64,000 nt of DNA from Planctomycetota bacterium (GTDB lineage: Bacteria > Planctomycetota > MHYJ01 > WSZJ01). Under the pieces are notes generated by a model, which saw only the letters and a list, made by a program, of their open reading frames with translations, ran no database searches and was not told the DNA's origin. Of the stretch, positions 51,643 through 61,553 are shown piece after piece. The translations under genes were made by a program, and so were the position numbers. The stretch's first letter is position 1. Each line of letters starts with the position of its first letter. Where the stretch lies: NCBI GenBank assembly GCA_038060895.1, contig JBBTCT010000012.1:126210-190209 (forward strand), written 5' to 3'.

Positions 51643-52161
51643 CTAGCGGGCGCCCGGCGCCTTCACCGTGAAATCCCCCTTCAGCCGGAACACGTAGGGC
51701 CCGGAGATGCCGCTTCGCGGCGACTCGCCGCGCCCCTGAAATGTCAGGTCAACCGAACCTTCGAGCGTGTCGTCGTCGCGCTCGTCCACTCGGGAGGTCC
51801 CGGTCCCGGCGCTTCCCACGAACCACTTCGTCTCGCTGGTCCACTCGCGGGCCCACATCCAGGCGGAGACCAGGCGGCCGTCGGCGTCGACCTCGACCCA
51901 GGCGGAGAGCTGGACTTCGTCGTCTTTGCGCGTGAAGCGAAGGATGTCGTGGCCGCCGGCGATGATATCGACGATGCGGCCGGATTCGAGGTTGTCGATG
52001 CGGCCGGCCGTGGATTCGGTGGGTTTGAGGGAACCGTTCTTGAGCCAGTCGCCGGTGGAGAGTGTGAAGCGACGGTCGGGGGAGTATTCGGCGACGAGCG
52101 GGGTGGAGCCGCCGCAGCCGGCGAGGGCAGCGGTGAGAAGGAGGAGCGAGAGGGGGCGCAT
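51643..52161 (-). CDS. Hypothetical lipoprotein
   Basis: MRPLSLLLLTAALAGC lipobox. Confidence 0.7.
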   Translation of the reverse strand: MRPLSLLLLTAALAGCGGSTPLVAEYSPDRRFTLSTGDWLKNGSLKPTESTAGRIDNLESGRIVDIIAGGHDILRFTRKDDEVQLSAWVEVDADGRLVSAWMWAREWTSETKWFVGSAGTGTSRVDERDDDTLEGSVDLTFQGRGESPRSGISGPYVFRLKGDFTVKAPGAR

Positions 52162-52322
52162 GGGGGGAGTTTGAAGGGGGAAGGAGGGCCAGTCAACCAA
52201 GGGAGAGGGATTGGCGACACCGAACCCTTGCCTAACTCGCCCCTTCGCATTACTACATCGCACTGAAGTCCGCCCCCTGCCCTTGCCGAAAACCCCTTCG
52301 GAGGACGGTGTACCCCGAACCC

Positions 52323-54218
52323 ATGAAAAAACGGCCCGGCAAGGCCCTTAAGAAGGGGAAGCGGATGCAGCAGGAGAAGATCGATTCTGCGGCGGTGGAA
52401 AGCGCGCCGGCATCGAAGACCCTGAAGGCACGCGGCAAGCCGGTGGCCGCGAAAGGCCGCGTCACGGAAGTGCCGGTAGCCGGCGATGGCGCAGTCGAAG
52501 TCGCCGCGCCGAAGCGCCGCGGACCCGCCCATGTCCCCCAGACTGCGGAATCGCTCGCCAAGAAGCAGCGCGAAATCTCGGTCAGCGAGTTCTTCGCGAA
52601 GAACCGGCACCTCCTCGGATTCGACAACCCGAAGCGCGCCTTGATGACCGCGGTCAAGGAAGCCGTGGACAACTCGCTCGACGCGTGCGAAGAAGCCGGC
52701 ACGCTCCCGGACCTGCTCGTCGAGCTCCGGATGATCACCGAAGAGCGCTTCCGCATGATCGTCGAGGACAACGGCCCCGGGATCGTGAAGGCGCAAGTGC
52801 CGAAGATCTTCGGGAAGCTGCTGTACGGCTCGAAGTTTCACACGATGAAGCAGTCGCGCGGGCAGCAGGGGATCGGCATTTCGGCGGCCGGCCTCTACGC
52901 GCAGATCACGACGGGCATGCCGGTCAAGATCCAGACGAGGACGGGGGCGAAGAAGCCGGCGTACGAATGCGAATTGACGCTCGACACGGCGAAGAACCAG
53001 GCCGAGTTGTCGCACGAAAAGGACCTTCCCGAGTGGCACCGCGACCACGGGACGCGCGTGGAGATCGAGTTCGAGGGAAAGTACGAAAAGGGCCGCCGCA
53101 GCGTGGACGAATACCTGCGCGAGACGGCGATCGCGAATCCGCACGTCACGCTGACCTACATCAATCCCCTCGGCGAAAAGACCGTGTACACCCGCCAGGT
53201 CACTTCGAACCCCGAGCCGCCGAAGGAAATCAAGCCGCACCCGTACGGGGTCGAGCTTGGGACGCTGATGAAGATGATGCGCTCGACCGACGAGAAGAAG
53301 ATGCAGGGCTTCCTGTGCAACGACTTCTCGCGCGTCTCGACGCAGGTCGCGCACGAGATTCTGACGACGGCAGGACTGACGCCGAACACCTGGGTGCAGT
53401 CCGTCGGCACCAAGGAAGCGGAGGCGCTCTACAAAGCGATCAATGCCACCAAGATCATGGCGCCGCCCACGAACTGCATTTCGCCGATCGGCGAAGACCG
53501 GATCCTGGCGGGGCTGAAAGCGACCGTGAAGGCGAAGTGTTACGTCGCCACGACGCGCCGGCCGTCGGTTTACCGCGGCAACCCGTTCCTTCTCGAGGCC
53601 GCCATCGCCTGGGACTGCGAGGGCATGGATGCCGAGGACCCCGTCACGCTCTTCCGCTACGCCAACCGCGTCCCCCTGCTCTACCAGCAGTCGGCGTGCG
53701 CCATCACGCAGGCGGCGATCGAAACATCCTGGAAGAACTACGGGATGTCGCAGCCGCGCGGCTCGCTGCCCATCGGTCCGGCCGTCGTCTTCATTCACTT
53801 CGCGTCCGTCTGGGTGCCCTTCACGAGCGAATCGAAGGACGCGATCGCCAACTATGCCGAGGTCGAGAAGGAGATCAAGCTCGCCCTCCAGGATGTGGGC
53901 CGGAAGATCGGGACGTTCATCCGGCAGCAGGAGAACGCCGAGCGCGACGCAAAACGCCGGCAGATCTTCGAGAAGTACGCGACGATCCTGGCGAACAGCC
54001 TGGCGCGGATCACGCACCGCGGGCAGATCAAGAAGTCCCACGAGAAGGCGATCCAGGGCAAGGCGCACAAGATCAATTTCTGGCTGCAGAAAATCGCCAA
54101 GCGCGAGAGCGCCGCGGCGGACAAGCTGATCAAGGGCGCGATCCAGGAAGTCCATGAAGCGGTGCACGTCGTCGACGACGCGGCTCCGGCGAAGGACAAG
54201 ACTGAGGGGCAGGAGTAA
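52323..54218 (+). CDS. top6B: DNA topoisomerase VI subunit B
   Basis: [67 protein letters not shown]; start uncertain. Confidence 0.96.
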   Translation: MKKRPGKALKKGKRMQQEKIDSAAVESAPASKTLKARGKPVAAKGRVTEVPVAGDGAVEVAAPKRRGPAHVPQTAESLAKKQREISVSEFFAKNRHLLGFDNPKRALMTAVKEAVDNSLDACEEAGTLPDLLVELRMITEERFRMIVEDNGPGIVKAQVPKIFGKLLYGSKFHTMKQSRGQQGIGISAAGLYAQITTGMPVKIQTRTGAKKPAYECELTLDTAKNQAELSHEKDLPEWHRDHGTRVEIEFEGKYEKGRRSVDEYLRETAIANPHVTLTYINPLGEKTVYTRQVTSNPEPPKEIKPHPYGVELGTLMKMMRSTDEKKMQGFLCNDFSRVSTQVAHEILTTAGLTPNTWVQSVGTKEAEALYKAINATKIMAPPTNCISPIGEDRILAGLKATVKAKCYVATTRRPSVYRGNPFLLEAAIAWDCEGMDAEDPVTLFRYANRVPLLYQQSACAITQAAIETSWKNYGMSQPRGSLPIGPAVVFIHFASVWVPFTSESKDAIANYAEVEKEIKLALQDVGRKIGTFIRQQENAERDAKRRQIFEKYATILANSLARITHRGQIKKSHEKAIQGKAHKINFWLQKIAKRESAAADKLIKGAIQEVHEAVHVVDDAAPAKDKTEGQE

Positions 54219-54240
54219 CGACCTGGTGCATTGGGGGCTG

Positions 54241-54342
54241 TATCCGCGGCTGTTTCCGCGGGATTCGCTTTCATCCGCGTATTCATTTTCTGAAAAGAGC
54301 ATACGCGGATAAAAGCGAATCTCGCGGAAACGGCCTCGGATA
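54241..54342. repeat. Palindromic intergenic element, copy 2
   Basis: TATCCGCGGCTGTTTCCGCG..ATCCGCGTAT ... ATACGCGGAT..CGCGGAAACGGCCTCGGATA. Confidence 0.8.
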
Positions 54343-54421
54343 AGACTCTCCGGAACCCCGCCTTTGCTCTACCGGCAGGACTTTCCTATCGCCCTTGAAT
54401 CCCGATTCCAAGAGGAATCCC

Positions 54422-55525
54422 ATGATCGCGAGCATCAAGAAGAACGACCACGTCCTCAAGTCCATCGCCCGCCTCGGCGAGGGCTCGATCGACGAGATCA
54501 AGCGCCAGAAGAATCCCAGCGTGGACATCCCGCTGCGCAACCTCTCGAACGTCAACTTCAACCCGAAGAAGGCGATCATCGAGATGGGGAAAGCGAAGCA
54601 GGCGCGCGAGTTCTTCAACATCGGGATGGCGAAGAAGTTCATGCAGACGTTCCTGGTGGCGGAGAAGTGCAAGGACGTGCTCGACGAAGGAAAGACGGTC
54701 AGCATCCGCGACCTCTACTACATGTCCAAGTCGACGATCCCGGGCACGTCGGAGAACACGTTCGACGAGCAGGACGAGAGCGACCCGATCATCGAGGACC
54801 TCGAGGTCACTGCCGACGCTCTTCGCGAAGAGCTCGGCCTTTACGCCTCCAACAAGGGCGCGCTTGTGGGCGAGGTCACGATCCGCGATTCGGGCGACAC
54901 CATTGACGGCCGCCGGATGGGCTCGGGCGGCTGGTCAATCCCCTCGATCTGCGAGCCGAACTTCATCCAGTTCAAGCGCTGCGACGCGAAGTTCATCCTG
55001 CTGGTCGAAAAGGACGCGGTCTTCCGCCGGCTGAACGAGGACAAGTTCTGGAAGACCCACAAGTGCATCCTGGTGACGGGCGGAGGCCAGCCGCCGCGGG
55101 GACTCAGGCGCCTGCTGTACCGCATGGTGAACGAGCTGAAGTTGCCGCTCTATACTTACGTCGACAACGATCCGTGGGGCTACTACATCTACAGCGTCGT
55201 CAAGCAGGGCTCGATCAATCTCGCCTACGAATCGGTGCGCATGGCGGTCCCGCACGCGAAGTTCATCGGCCTCTCGAGCTTCGACAAGGAACGTTTCAAG
55301 CTCCCCGACAACGTCACGATCAAGCTCCTCGACGAGGACATCAAGCGCGCCAAGCAGCTCCTCGAGTACCCGTGGTTTCAGAAAACGCCGTGGCAGAAGG
55401 AAATCCGCAACATGCTGAAGCTGGGCTACAAGCTCGAGCAGGAAGCCCTCTCCAAGCGCGGAATTTCCTTCGTTACCGAGGAGTACCTCCCGAAGAAGAT
55501 CAAGGACAAGGACTTCCTGGACTAA
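54422..55525 (+). CDS. top6A: DNA topoisomerase VI subunit A (Spo11 family)
   Basis: SIRDLYY catalytic Tyr, FDEQDESD.IIEDLE, VEKDAVF, DNDPWG (TOPRIM), KLEQEAL. Confidence 0.96.
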   Translation: MIASIKKNDHVLKSIARLGEGSIDEIKRQKNPSVDIPLRNLSNVNFNPKKAIIEMGKAKQAREFFNIGMAKKFMQTFLVAEKCKDVLDEGKTVSIRDLYYMSKSTIPGTSENTFDEQDESDPIIEDLEVTADALREELGLYASNKGALVGEVTIRDSGDTIDGRRMGSGGWSIPSICEPNFIQFKRCDAKFILLVEKDAVFRRLNEDKFWKTHKCILVTGGGQPPRGLRRLLYRMVNELKLPLYTYVDNDPWGYYIYSVVKQGSINLAYESVRMAVPHAKFIGLSSFDKERFKLPDNVTIKLLDEDIKRAKQLLEYPWFQKTPWQKEIRNMLKLGYKLEQEALSKRGISFVTEEYLPKKIKDKDFLD

Positions 55526-55539
55526 TCAATCCACCTCGC

Positions 55540-55580
55540 AAAAAAAAGGGCGCGGCCAAAAGCCGCGCCCTGCCTTTTTC
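55540..55580. terminator. Probable bidirectional terminator
   Basis: A-run, AGGGCGCGGC-N5-GCCGCGCCCT, T-run between convergent top6A and skp. Confidence 0.75.
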
Positions 55581-55636
55581 TCTCAACTCCAAACTCCTCA
55601 CTACTCAACCCTCAATACTCCAACCTCCTGCCGTTC

Positions 55637-56314
55637 CTACTTTGGCGGCTCCGGCACTTTCGGTCCAGCGGCCTTCTCTTTTTTGTACTTCTCCTCCAGG
55701 CGGGCCAGCACGTCGTCCGTGATGTCCATCCCCGGATGACAGGACAGCACCACTCTCCGCGCAATCTTCTCCCCCGACCCCGACTTGTTCTCGTCCCCCG
55801 ACAACGGGCCCGACTCGGTCTTCAGAACCAGCGTGTATCCGTTCTCCTTCGCATAGGCGTCCACTTCTGCCTGGATTTCGTCGAAGTACTTCGCGATCCC
55901 CTCTTCCAGCAGTCGCTTCACCTGCTCGTTCCACATCTGCACCATGAATTCGAACTTCGCCTTCAACTGCACGATCTCGATCTGTGCGTTCTGCTTGATC
56001 TTGATGTTGATGCCGGGCGTGTCCCGGATCGTGATCTTCTCCTTCACTTCCTTGTCCATCTTCCCCAGCTCTTCTTCCTGCACCTTCTTCTGCAGCTCCA
56101 GCTCGTCGGTGAAGTCCTTCACCTTCGCCCACTTGTCGTAAATCTTGCTCAGATCGACGACGCCGATCTTCAGCGGCGGCGGCGGTTCCTTCGGCGCTCC
56201 TCCACCTCCCGCGCCTCCCCCGCCCCCGCCCGGCTTCGGCGCGACGTCGGTCTGGGCCATGGCCTGAAGGCACATCAGAAGCGCCGCCGCGGCGATGAGT
56301 GCGAAACGATTCAT
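55637..56314 (-). CDS. skp: OmpH/Skp outer-membrane chaperone
   Basis: Signal peptide; KIGVVDLSKI, coiled coil, YAKENGYTLVL, DITDDVLARL. Confidence 0.88.
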   Translation of the reverse strand: MNRFALIAAAALLMCLQAMAQTDVAPKPGGGGGGAGGGGAPKEPPPPLKIGVVDLSKIYDKWAKVKDFTDELELQKKVQEEELGKMDKEVKEKITIRDTPGINIKIKQNAQIEIVQLKAKFEFMVQMWNEQVKRLLEEGIAKYFDEIQAEVDAYAKENGYTLVLKTESGPLSGDENKSGSGEKIARRVVLSCHPGMDITDDVLARLEEKYKKEKAAGPKVPEPPK

Positions 56315-56470
56315 GAGGGCTCCTTGCGTGGATGGAGCGGGTGAGAGAACCCGCGAATTTGGGGCGCAGGATATACAGCCGGGCGGCGGCGGTCCAGCGT
56401 GGAAAGTAAGGTAATTGTCAGGTTGAGTAGCTGGTACCCGAAAGAACGGGGGATACCGGGTCCGCCGCCC

Positions 56471-56606
56471 GGAAACGACAACTTCAAAACCGCGAACTCT
56501 CAAGCAAACGACGAACTACAAAGGGAAACATTCCAGCAACGATGGTGATTTGCTCTTTGAAGTTGCCGTTTGCTTGAGAGTTCGCGGTCTTGTAGTTGCC
56601 GTTTCC
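56471..56606. repeat. Long inverted repeat with internal direct repeats
   Basis: 22-bp perfect core ACCGCGAACTCTCAAGCAAACG (56489-56510 / 56567-56588); unit AAACGRCAACTWCAA twice per arm. Confidence 0.8.
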
Positions 56607-56670
56607 CCAAGCGAGCATCCTATTGCCCCTTCGGCTGAAGCCTCCCAAATGCCGATAACTGTGTACTCCC

Positions 56671-59600
56671 ATGGTTCTCAGCCTCCGCTCCATCCAGTCG
56701 TGGGCCTCCCCCGCTACCGTCGCTCTTGGCGCCCGCGACCTCAAAGATGGCCGCGTCAGTGGCGTCCGGAAGGCGGCCGAATCCCTCTGGAGCGGCCAGG
56801 TCCGCGGCGCCAAGGAACGGCCGTTCGCGGTCGAAATCGACCTGGGCCCCCGCGGCGAACATTTCTGCGAAGGCGCCTGCGACGGCATCTGCCGCCACAT
56901 CGTTGCCCTCGCCCTCGCCATCGCGGAGAAGTCGGGGGACTCAGGAAGCGCGACGACTCACTGGGAAGAGCGCCTCGGCGCGCTCGCTGCGGCCTGCGAC
57001 ATGGTCCAGGCGACCGGGGCTTCCCTTCGCGTTGCGCTGCGGGTCGAAGACGGGCGCCTCGCCGTGACCACGGCGCGCGGCTCCGACCGCTTCGACGCAC
57101 GCACTTCGGATGACGCCGGGCTGAACACGGACGAACGGCGCTTCACCGAAATCCTCGGCCTTGCCCTTGAAGACGCCACGCGCGTCAAGCCCGACGCGAT
57201 CGACGCCGTGCTGCGCGCCGCCCGCGAGCTGACCCTCGCCTGTCCTGGCGCGTTCGCCGACTCCGCCGCGATCCAGGAACGGCTCCTCTCGTGGAAGTTC
57301 CGGCTGTCGAAGCGTGAAGGCGGCGGATTGAGGCTGTCCGGGGCCGTTCACGACGGCGAAGTGCCAGTCACCGGCTGGACGATCGTCGGCGAGCGCCGTC
57401 CCTGGGCCACCGATGGCAAGCAGTGGCGCCCCGTCCAGGGCCTGCGCGATGCCGGAGCGGCCGCCTCGCTCCTCAGGGCCCCCGTGGACATCCCGCTCGC
57501 CGACTCGGACCGCTTCGTCAAACAGCACTTCTCGAAACTCGCCGATCCCGGCGCACTCGTGGTGGAGGAAGGCGCGCTCTCGAAGCGGCTCGTGTGCGCG
57601 AAGCCGCGCGCGGTCATCTCGCTGTCCGAGGAGGTCGGCGCGCTTGTCGCACGGCTGTCGCTCGCGTACGGCGAAGGGCCGTCCCAGGTGACCGAGGCGG
57701 AGAAGGCCGGCATGGTCGAGGGGATCGACCCGGAAGGCGCATTCTGGTCCCGCCGCGCTCCCGCCGCAGAGCGCGACCTCCGCGAAAGACTCGCCGCCGC
57801 CTCAGGCTGCACCGGCGACCCCTGGGCCGTCCGCCTCTGGGGCGAAAACGCGCTGCGGTTTCTCTCCGAGGGACTTCCTGGCCTCGGCTGGCCCGTCGTC
57901 GGACGCGACTCCCTGCGCGGCTACAAGCTCCGCGGCGGCCGCGCGAAGACCTCGGTGCGCGTGACCACGAACGGATCGTGGCTGGACATGGAAGCGGTGG
58001 CCGCGCTCGACGGGCTCGGCATTCCGCTCGACGAGCTGTTCGCGGCGCACGACAACGGGCTGCGCTTCCTCAAGCTCCCGGACGGCTCCTGGTCGCCGAT
58101 GCCCGCGGGGGATCTGAAGAAGCTGCGCGCGCTGTGGGAGGACGCGAAGCGCGCGGGCAAGGCAGGGGATCGCGGGAAGATCCGTCTCCCGGCGAACCAG
58201 ATCGGCCTCGCAGGGGACATCGCCGCCAGTGTGGACGCGCCGGAGCAAATGCCGGTGCCGCCGGCGCCGAAGGCGTTCCGGGCGCCGGCCGGCCTGGTCG
58301 CGACGCTTCGCCCCTACCAGGAAGAAGGCGTCGCGTGGCTCGAGTCGATCCGCGACGGCGGCTTCCACGCGATCCTGGCCGACGACATGGGACTGGGCAA
58401 GACGCTCCAGACGCTCGCGCTGCTGCTCGGCGACCGCGAGCGCGGCGGGAAGGGCCCGAACCTGATCGTGGCGCCGACATCGGTCGTCGGGAACTGGGCG
58501 GCGGAAGCGGTGAAGTTCGCGCCGGGGCTGAAGGTGCTGAGGTTCGAGGCGGGGGCTCGCGAGAAGCTGCTCGCGAAGATTCCGGAGCATGACCTGGTGG
58601 TCACGACGTACGGCGTGCTGCGCCGCGACGCCGAGACGCTCGCTGGATTCAACTTCCGCTTCGCGATCCTCGACGAGGCCCAGCAAATAAAAACATCGGA
58701 CAGCCAGACGTCCCGCGCCGCGAGGCTCCTGCGCGCCGACCACCGCCTCTGCCTTTCCGGCACACCCATCGAGAACAACCTCTACGAGCTCTGGAGCCAG
58801 TTCCGCTTCCTCATGCCGGAACTGCTTGGGTCCGAAGAAGCATTCCGCGAGCGGTACGCGCTCCCGATCCACAAGTCCGGCGACCACGAGGCAATGACGT
58901 CGCTCCGCCGCAGGGTGAGGCCGTTCATCCTGCGCCGCCTGAAGGAGGACGTCGCGAAGGACCTGCCGCCTAAGACCGAGACACTCCTCCACTGCGAGCT
59001 CTCCCCCGCCCACCGCGAGTTCTACGAGCGCCTCCTTCTCCTCACCCGCGAAAAGGTCATGAAGGCGATCGACCGCGACGGCCTCGACGGCGCACGCTTC
59101 GCCGTGCTCGAAGCCCTCCTCCGCCTCCGCCAGGCCGCGCTTCATACGGCCATGGTGAAACTCCCCGGCCAGAAACTCTCCCTCTCGGCCAAGCTCGACG
59201 AGATGGACGACCTCGCCCGCAACCTCGTCGCCAACGGCCACCGCGCGCTCGTCTTCAGCCAGTTCACCGAGTTCCTCGCCCTCGTCCGCGAGCGCCTCGA
59301 CGCGCAGGGCATCAAGTACTGCTACCTCGACGGCGCGACCCGCAAGCGCGACGAGGAAGTCGCAAAGTTCCAGAACGGCGACGCCCCGTTCTTCCTCATC
59401 TCCCTCAAGGCCGGCGGCTCCGGCCTCAATCTCACCGGCGCCGATTACGTCCTCCACCTCGACCCCTGGTGGAACCCCGCCGCCGAAGAACAGGCCACCG
59501 ACCGCGCACACCGCATCGGGCAGAAGCGGCCCGTGATGGTCTACAAGTTTGTCGCGAAGGACACGATCGAGGAGAAGGTCATCGCACTTCAGGACAAGAA

Positions 59601-59691
59601 GCGCGCGCTGGCGGAAGGGGTGCTGGGAAACGACGAGGCGTTCGGAAAGTCCCTGACACGCCTAGAGATCGAGAACCTCTTCGGCCCCTAG
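56671..59691 (+). CDS. SWIM zinc finger-SNF2 family helicase/ATPase
   Basis: CEGACDGICRH; LRPYQ, ADDMGLGKT, DEAQ, SGTPIEN, LVFSQF, AGGSGLNL, WWNPAAEEQATDRAHRIGQ. Confidence 0.94.
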   Translation: MVLSLRSIQSWASPATVALGARDLKDGRVSGVRKAAESLWSGQVRGAKERPFAVEIDLGPRGEHFCEGACDGICRHIVALALAIAEKSGDSGSATTHWEERLGALAAACDMVQATGASLRVALRVEDGRLAVTTARGSDRFDARTSDDAGLNTDERRFTEILGLALEDATRVKPDAIDAVLRAARELTLACPGAFADSAAIQERLLSWKFRLSKREGGGLRLSGAVHDGEVPVTGWTIVGERRPWATDGKQWRPVQGLRDAGAAASLLRAPVDIPLADSDRFVKQHFSKLADPGALVVEEGALSKRLVCAKPRAVISLSEEVGALVARLSLAYGEGPSQVTEAEKAGMVEGIDPEGAFWSRRAPAAERDLRERLAAASGCTGDPWAVRLWGENALRFLSEGLPGLGWPVVGRDSLRGYKLRGGRAKTSVRVTTNGSWLDMEAVAALDGLGIPLDELFAAHDNGLRFLKLPDGSWSPMPAGDLKKLRALWEDAKRAGKAGDRGKIRLPANQIGLAGDIAASVDAPEQMPVPPAPKAFRAPAGLVATLRPYQEEGVAWLESIRDGGFHAILADDMGLGKTLQTLALLLGDRERGGKGPNLIVAPTSVVGNWAAEAVKFAPGLKVLRFEAGAREKLLAKIPEHDLVVTTYGVLRRDAETLAGFNFRFAILDEAQQIKTSDSQTSRAARLLRADHRLCLSGTPIENNLYELWSQFRFLMPELLGSEEAFRERYALPIHKSGDHEAMTSLRRRVRPFILRRLKEDVAKDLPPKTETLLHCELSPAHREFYERLLLLTREKVMKAIDRDGLDGARFAVLEALLRLRQAALHTAMVKLPGQKLSLSAKLDEMDDLARNLVANGHRALVFSQFTEFLALVRERLDAQGIKYCYLDGATRKRDEEVAKFQNGDAPFFLISLKAGGSGLNLTGADYVLHLDPWWNPAAEEQATDRAHRIGQKRPVMVYKFVAKDTIEEKVIALQDKKRALAEGVLGNDEAFGKSLTRLEIENLFGP

Positions 59692-60245
59692 AGTGCTTTT
59701 CGGACGATGCGCGCGCCGGCAGCCGCTTCAACAGCTGTGAATCCCGCATCCAGGAAGAGTCGCTCCGGCCCCATCCAAACCTCCCCGTCCTCGTGAGCTC
59801 CCGCCTTCGGGTACGCCTCGACTTCCTTCACTCCCATTCGCTTCAAGTGCTCGAGCGAAATCGCCAGCAGCACCCGCGCATGCCCCTGCCGTCGCTTCTC
59901 GGACGCCATGAGGAAGCAGTTGATGCACCAGAGGTCATCCGGCCCGGGTGGTGGTTTCAACTTTTCGACAAGCTTGGGAAAGTTCTTTCGCAGGCCGAAC
60001 TGGCACCAGCCGATCGGAGTCTGGTCTTCGTAGAGGAGCATGCCGGTGTCGCCCTGAAGCGCAATCCGGTCGCACTTCTGCTCGCGGAGTTTCGCCTTGT
60101 CGGCTCTGCCCCACTCCTCGTTGGTGCCTTGAAAGTGCCAGTACATGCACCAGCATCCGCCGCAGTCGGCGCGGTCATGGAACTTGAGGAAGTCCTCGGA
60201 GAATTCGGGCTGAAGCGCGCGGGCCCAGAGATGAGGTTCTGCCAT
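59688..60245 (-). CDS. GNAT-family N-acetyltransferase
   Basis: GCWCMYW, IGWCQFG, INCF...RRQGHARVLL, VEAYP, FLDAGF. Confidence 0.88.
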   Translation of the reverse strand: MAEPHLWARALQPEFSEDFLKFHDRADCGGCWCMYWHFQGTNEEWGRADKAKLREQKCDRIALQGDTGMLLYEDQTPIGWCQFGLRKNFPKLVEKLKPPPGPDDLWCINCFLMASEKRRQGHARVLLAISLEHLKRMGVKEVEAYPKAGAHEDGEVWMGPERLFLDAGFTAVEAAAGARIVRKAL

Positions 60246-60270
60246 CCGCCGTGAGTGTAGCCAAACCATG

Positions 60271-60299
60271 AAAAAAGGCGCGGCAACAAGCCGCGCCTT
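60271..60299 (-). terminator. Rho-independent terminator (minus strand)
   Basis: AAGGCGCGGC-N5-GCCGCGCCTT with an adjacent A-run; same stem as at 55547. Confidence 0.7.
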
Positions 60300-60364
60300 G
60301 AAGGAGTCCGCACTCGATCGATGGTCGTTCCTACCCACTACCCCCTACCCACTACTCCCTGCCT

Positions 60365-61468
60365 TCAAATCATTCGCGGCCGCTTCTCCGGTTTCTTCCC
60401 GCCGCCGCCTTCGCCGCGCACTTTCTTTGCCATCGCCCGCAGTTCCTCGAGTTCCGCGGCCAGCTTCTGGGCCACTTCCCTGCGGCCGTTCTTCTTCGCT
60501 TCCTTGAGCTGCTCCTCGAGCTCGGCGATGCGCTTCTCGACTTTGGCCATCGCATCGACCCGCTTGCGATCGACGTTGTCCTTCTCATCACCCGTCAGCT
60601 CGTGCATGGCCCTTTCGATCGCGGCGCGGAGTTCCTTCGCGGCGCGCTCTTCGCCATTGGCTTCGGCGCGTTCGAGCTTGCGGCGCATTTCCTCGACATG
60701 GGCCTTGAGTTCCGCACGGCGGTCATCCTGCCGCTCCTTCGGACGGTCGCCGCCTTCGCGACCGCGTTCCATCTCCTCGAACGCGCGTTTCAGGCGCTCC
60801 AGGCCGTTGCGGAGTTCCTGGGCGCGATCGCGGTCGCCGGATTCTTCGGCGCCGAGAAGCGCCTTTTTGAGTTCCTCGGCCTTGGCGCGCAGTTCCTCGC
60901 CGCGACGCTGGAGATCTTGCCCGCCCGGCCGCTCCATGCCGGGCTCCCGGGCGCCGTCGGGGCGTCGCGGCTGCGGGCCGGGACCGCCGACGCGCGGGCC
61001 ATCCTGTCCACCGCGCTGTTTTTGCTCGAGATGCTCCATCTGCATGCGGACCGTCTCCAGCTCGTGCTTCAGGTTCTGCATCTGGTGTTCGATTTCTCGT
61101 GCCCGCATGCGAAGCTGGAATTTCTGGTCCTCGATCTGCTCGGGACCGCCGCCGCCCGGCCTCTGCGGGCCGCCGTCGCGACCTGGGCCGCCCTCGCGAC
61201 CGGGGCCAACTTCGCGACCGGGGCCGCCCTCGCGACCGGGGCCGCCTTCGCGCGGCGAACCGGGCATCTGCGGCCGGTCGGAGCCGCCCTCGCGACCTTG
61301 CCTCATGCGTTCGGGCCCCCCACGCTCGTCCTGCATTTCACGCTCGAACCTCTCGACACGGTCGCGGAACTCGTCCATGCCGCGGTCGCCGGAACGGGGC
61401 TCCTCCGGGAAGGCGGAGAGGGGAATCAGTGAAGCGGACGTCAGAATGACGGAATGGAGCCAGCGCAT
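60365..61468 (-). CDS. Secreted coiled-coil protein with GGPGRE repeats
   Basis: Signal peptide; E/R/K-rich helices; 18-nt tandem repeat at ~61166-61255. Confidence 0.75.
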   Translation of the reverse strand: MRWLHSVILTSASLIPLSAFPEEPRSGDRGMDEFRDRVERFEREMQDERGGPERMRQGREGGSDRPQMPGSPREGGPGREGGPGREVGPGREGGPGRDGGPQRPGGGGPEQIEDQKFQLRMRAREIEHQMQNLKHELETVRMQMEHLEQKQRGGQDGPRVGGPGPQPRRPDGAREPGMERPGGQDLQRRGEELRAKAEELKKALLGAEESGDRDRAQELRNGLERLKRAFEEMERGREGGDRPKERQDDRRAELKAHVEEMRRKLERAEANGEERAAKELRAAIERAMHELTGDEKDNVDRKRVDAMAKVEKRIAELEEQLKEAKKNGRREVAQKLAAELEELRAMAKKVRGEGGGGKKPEKRPRMI

Positions 61469-61553
61469 GGGGTTCTCCTGTGACGGGTATCTGTTGTTGA
61501 GAGAATAACGGGCTCGGGAGCGAAATATTGTGGGAACCCGGTTGAGCGCGCGG

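Noticed and set aside
56504-56525. GCAAACGACGAACTAC resembles the start of a tmRNA tag (ANDE..)
   Set aside because: No tRNA-like ends or ALAA-stop tag; it is part of an inverted-repeat arm.
52323-59691. Topo VI plus SNF2 as a defence or repair island
   Set aside because: Separated by a terminator and an oppositely oriented skp; no nuclease or methylase partners.
61166-61255. Tandem repeats here and at 41815-42056 as a CRISPR array
   Set aside because: No unique spacers and no cas genes; these are coding or low-complexity repeats.
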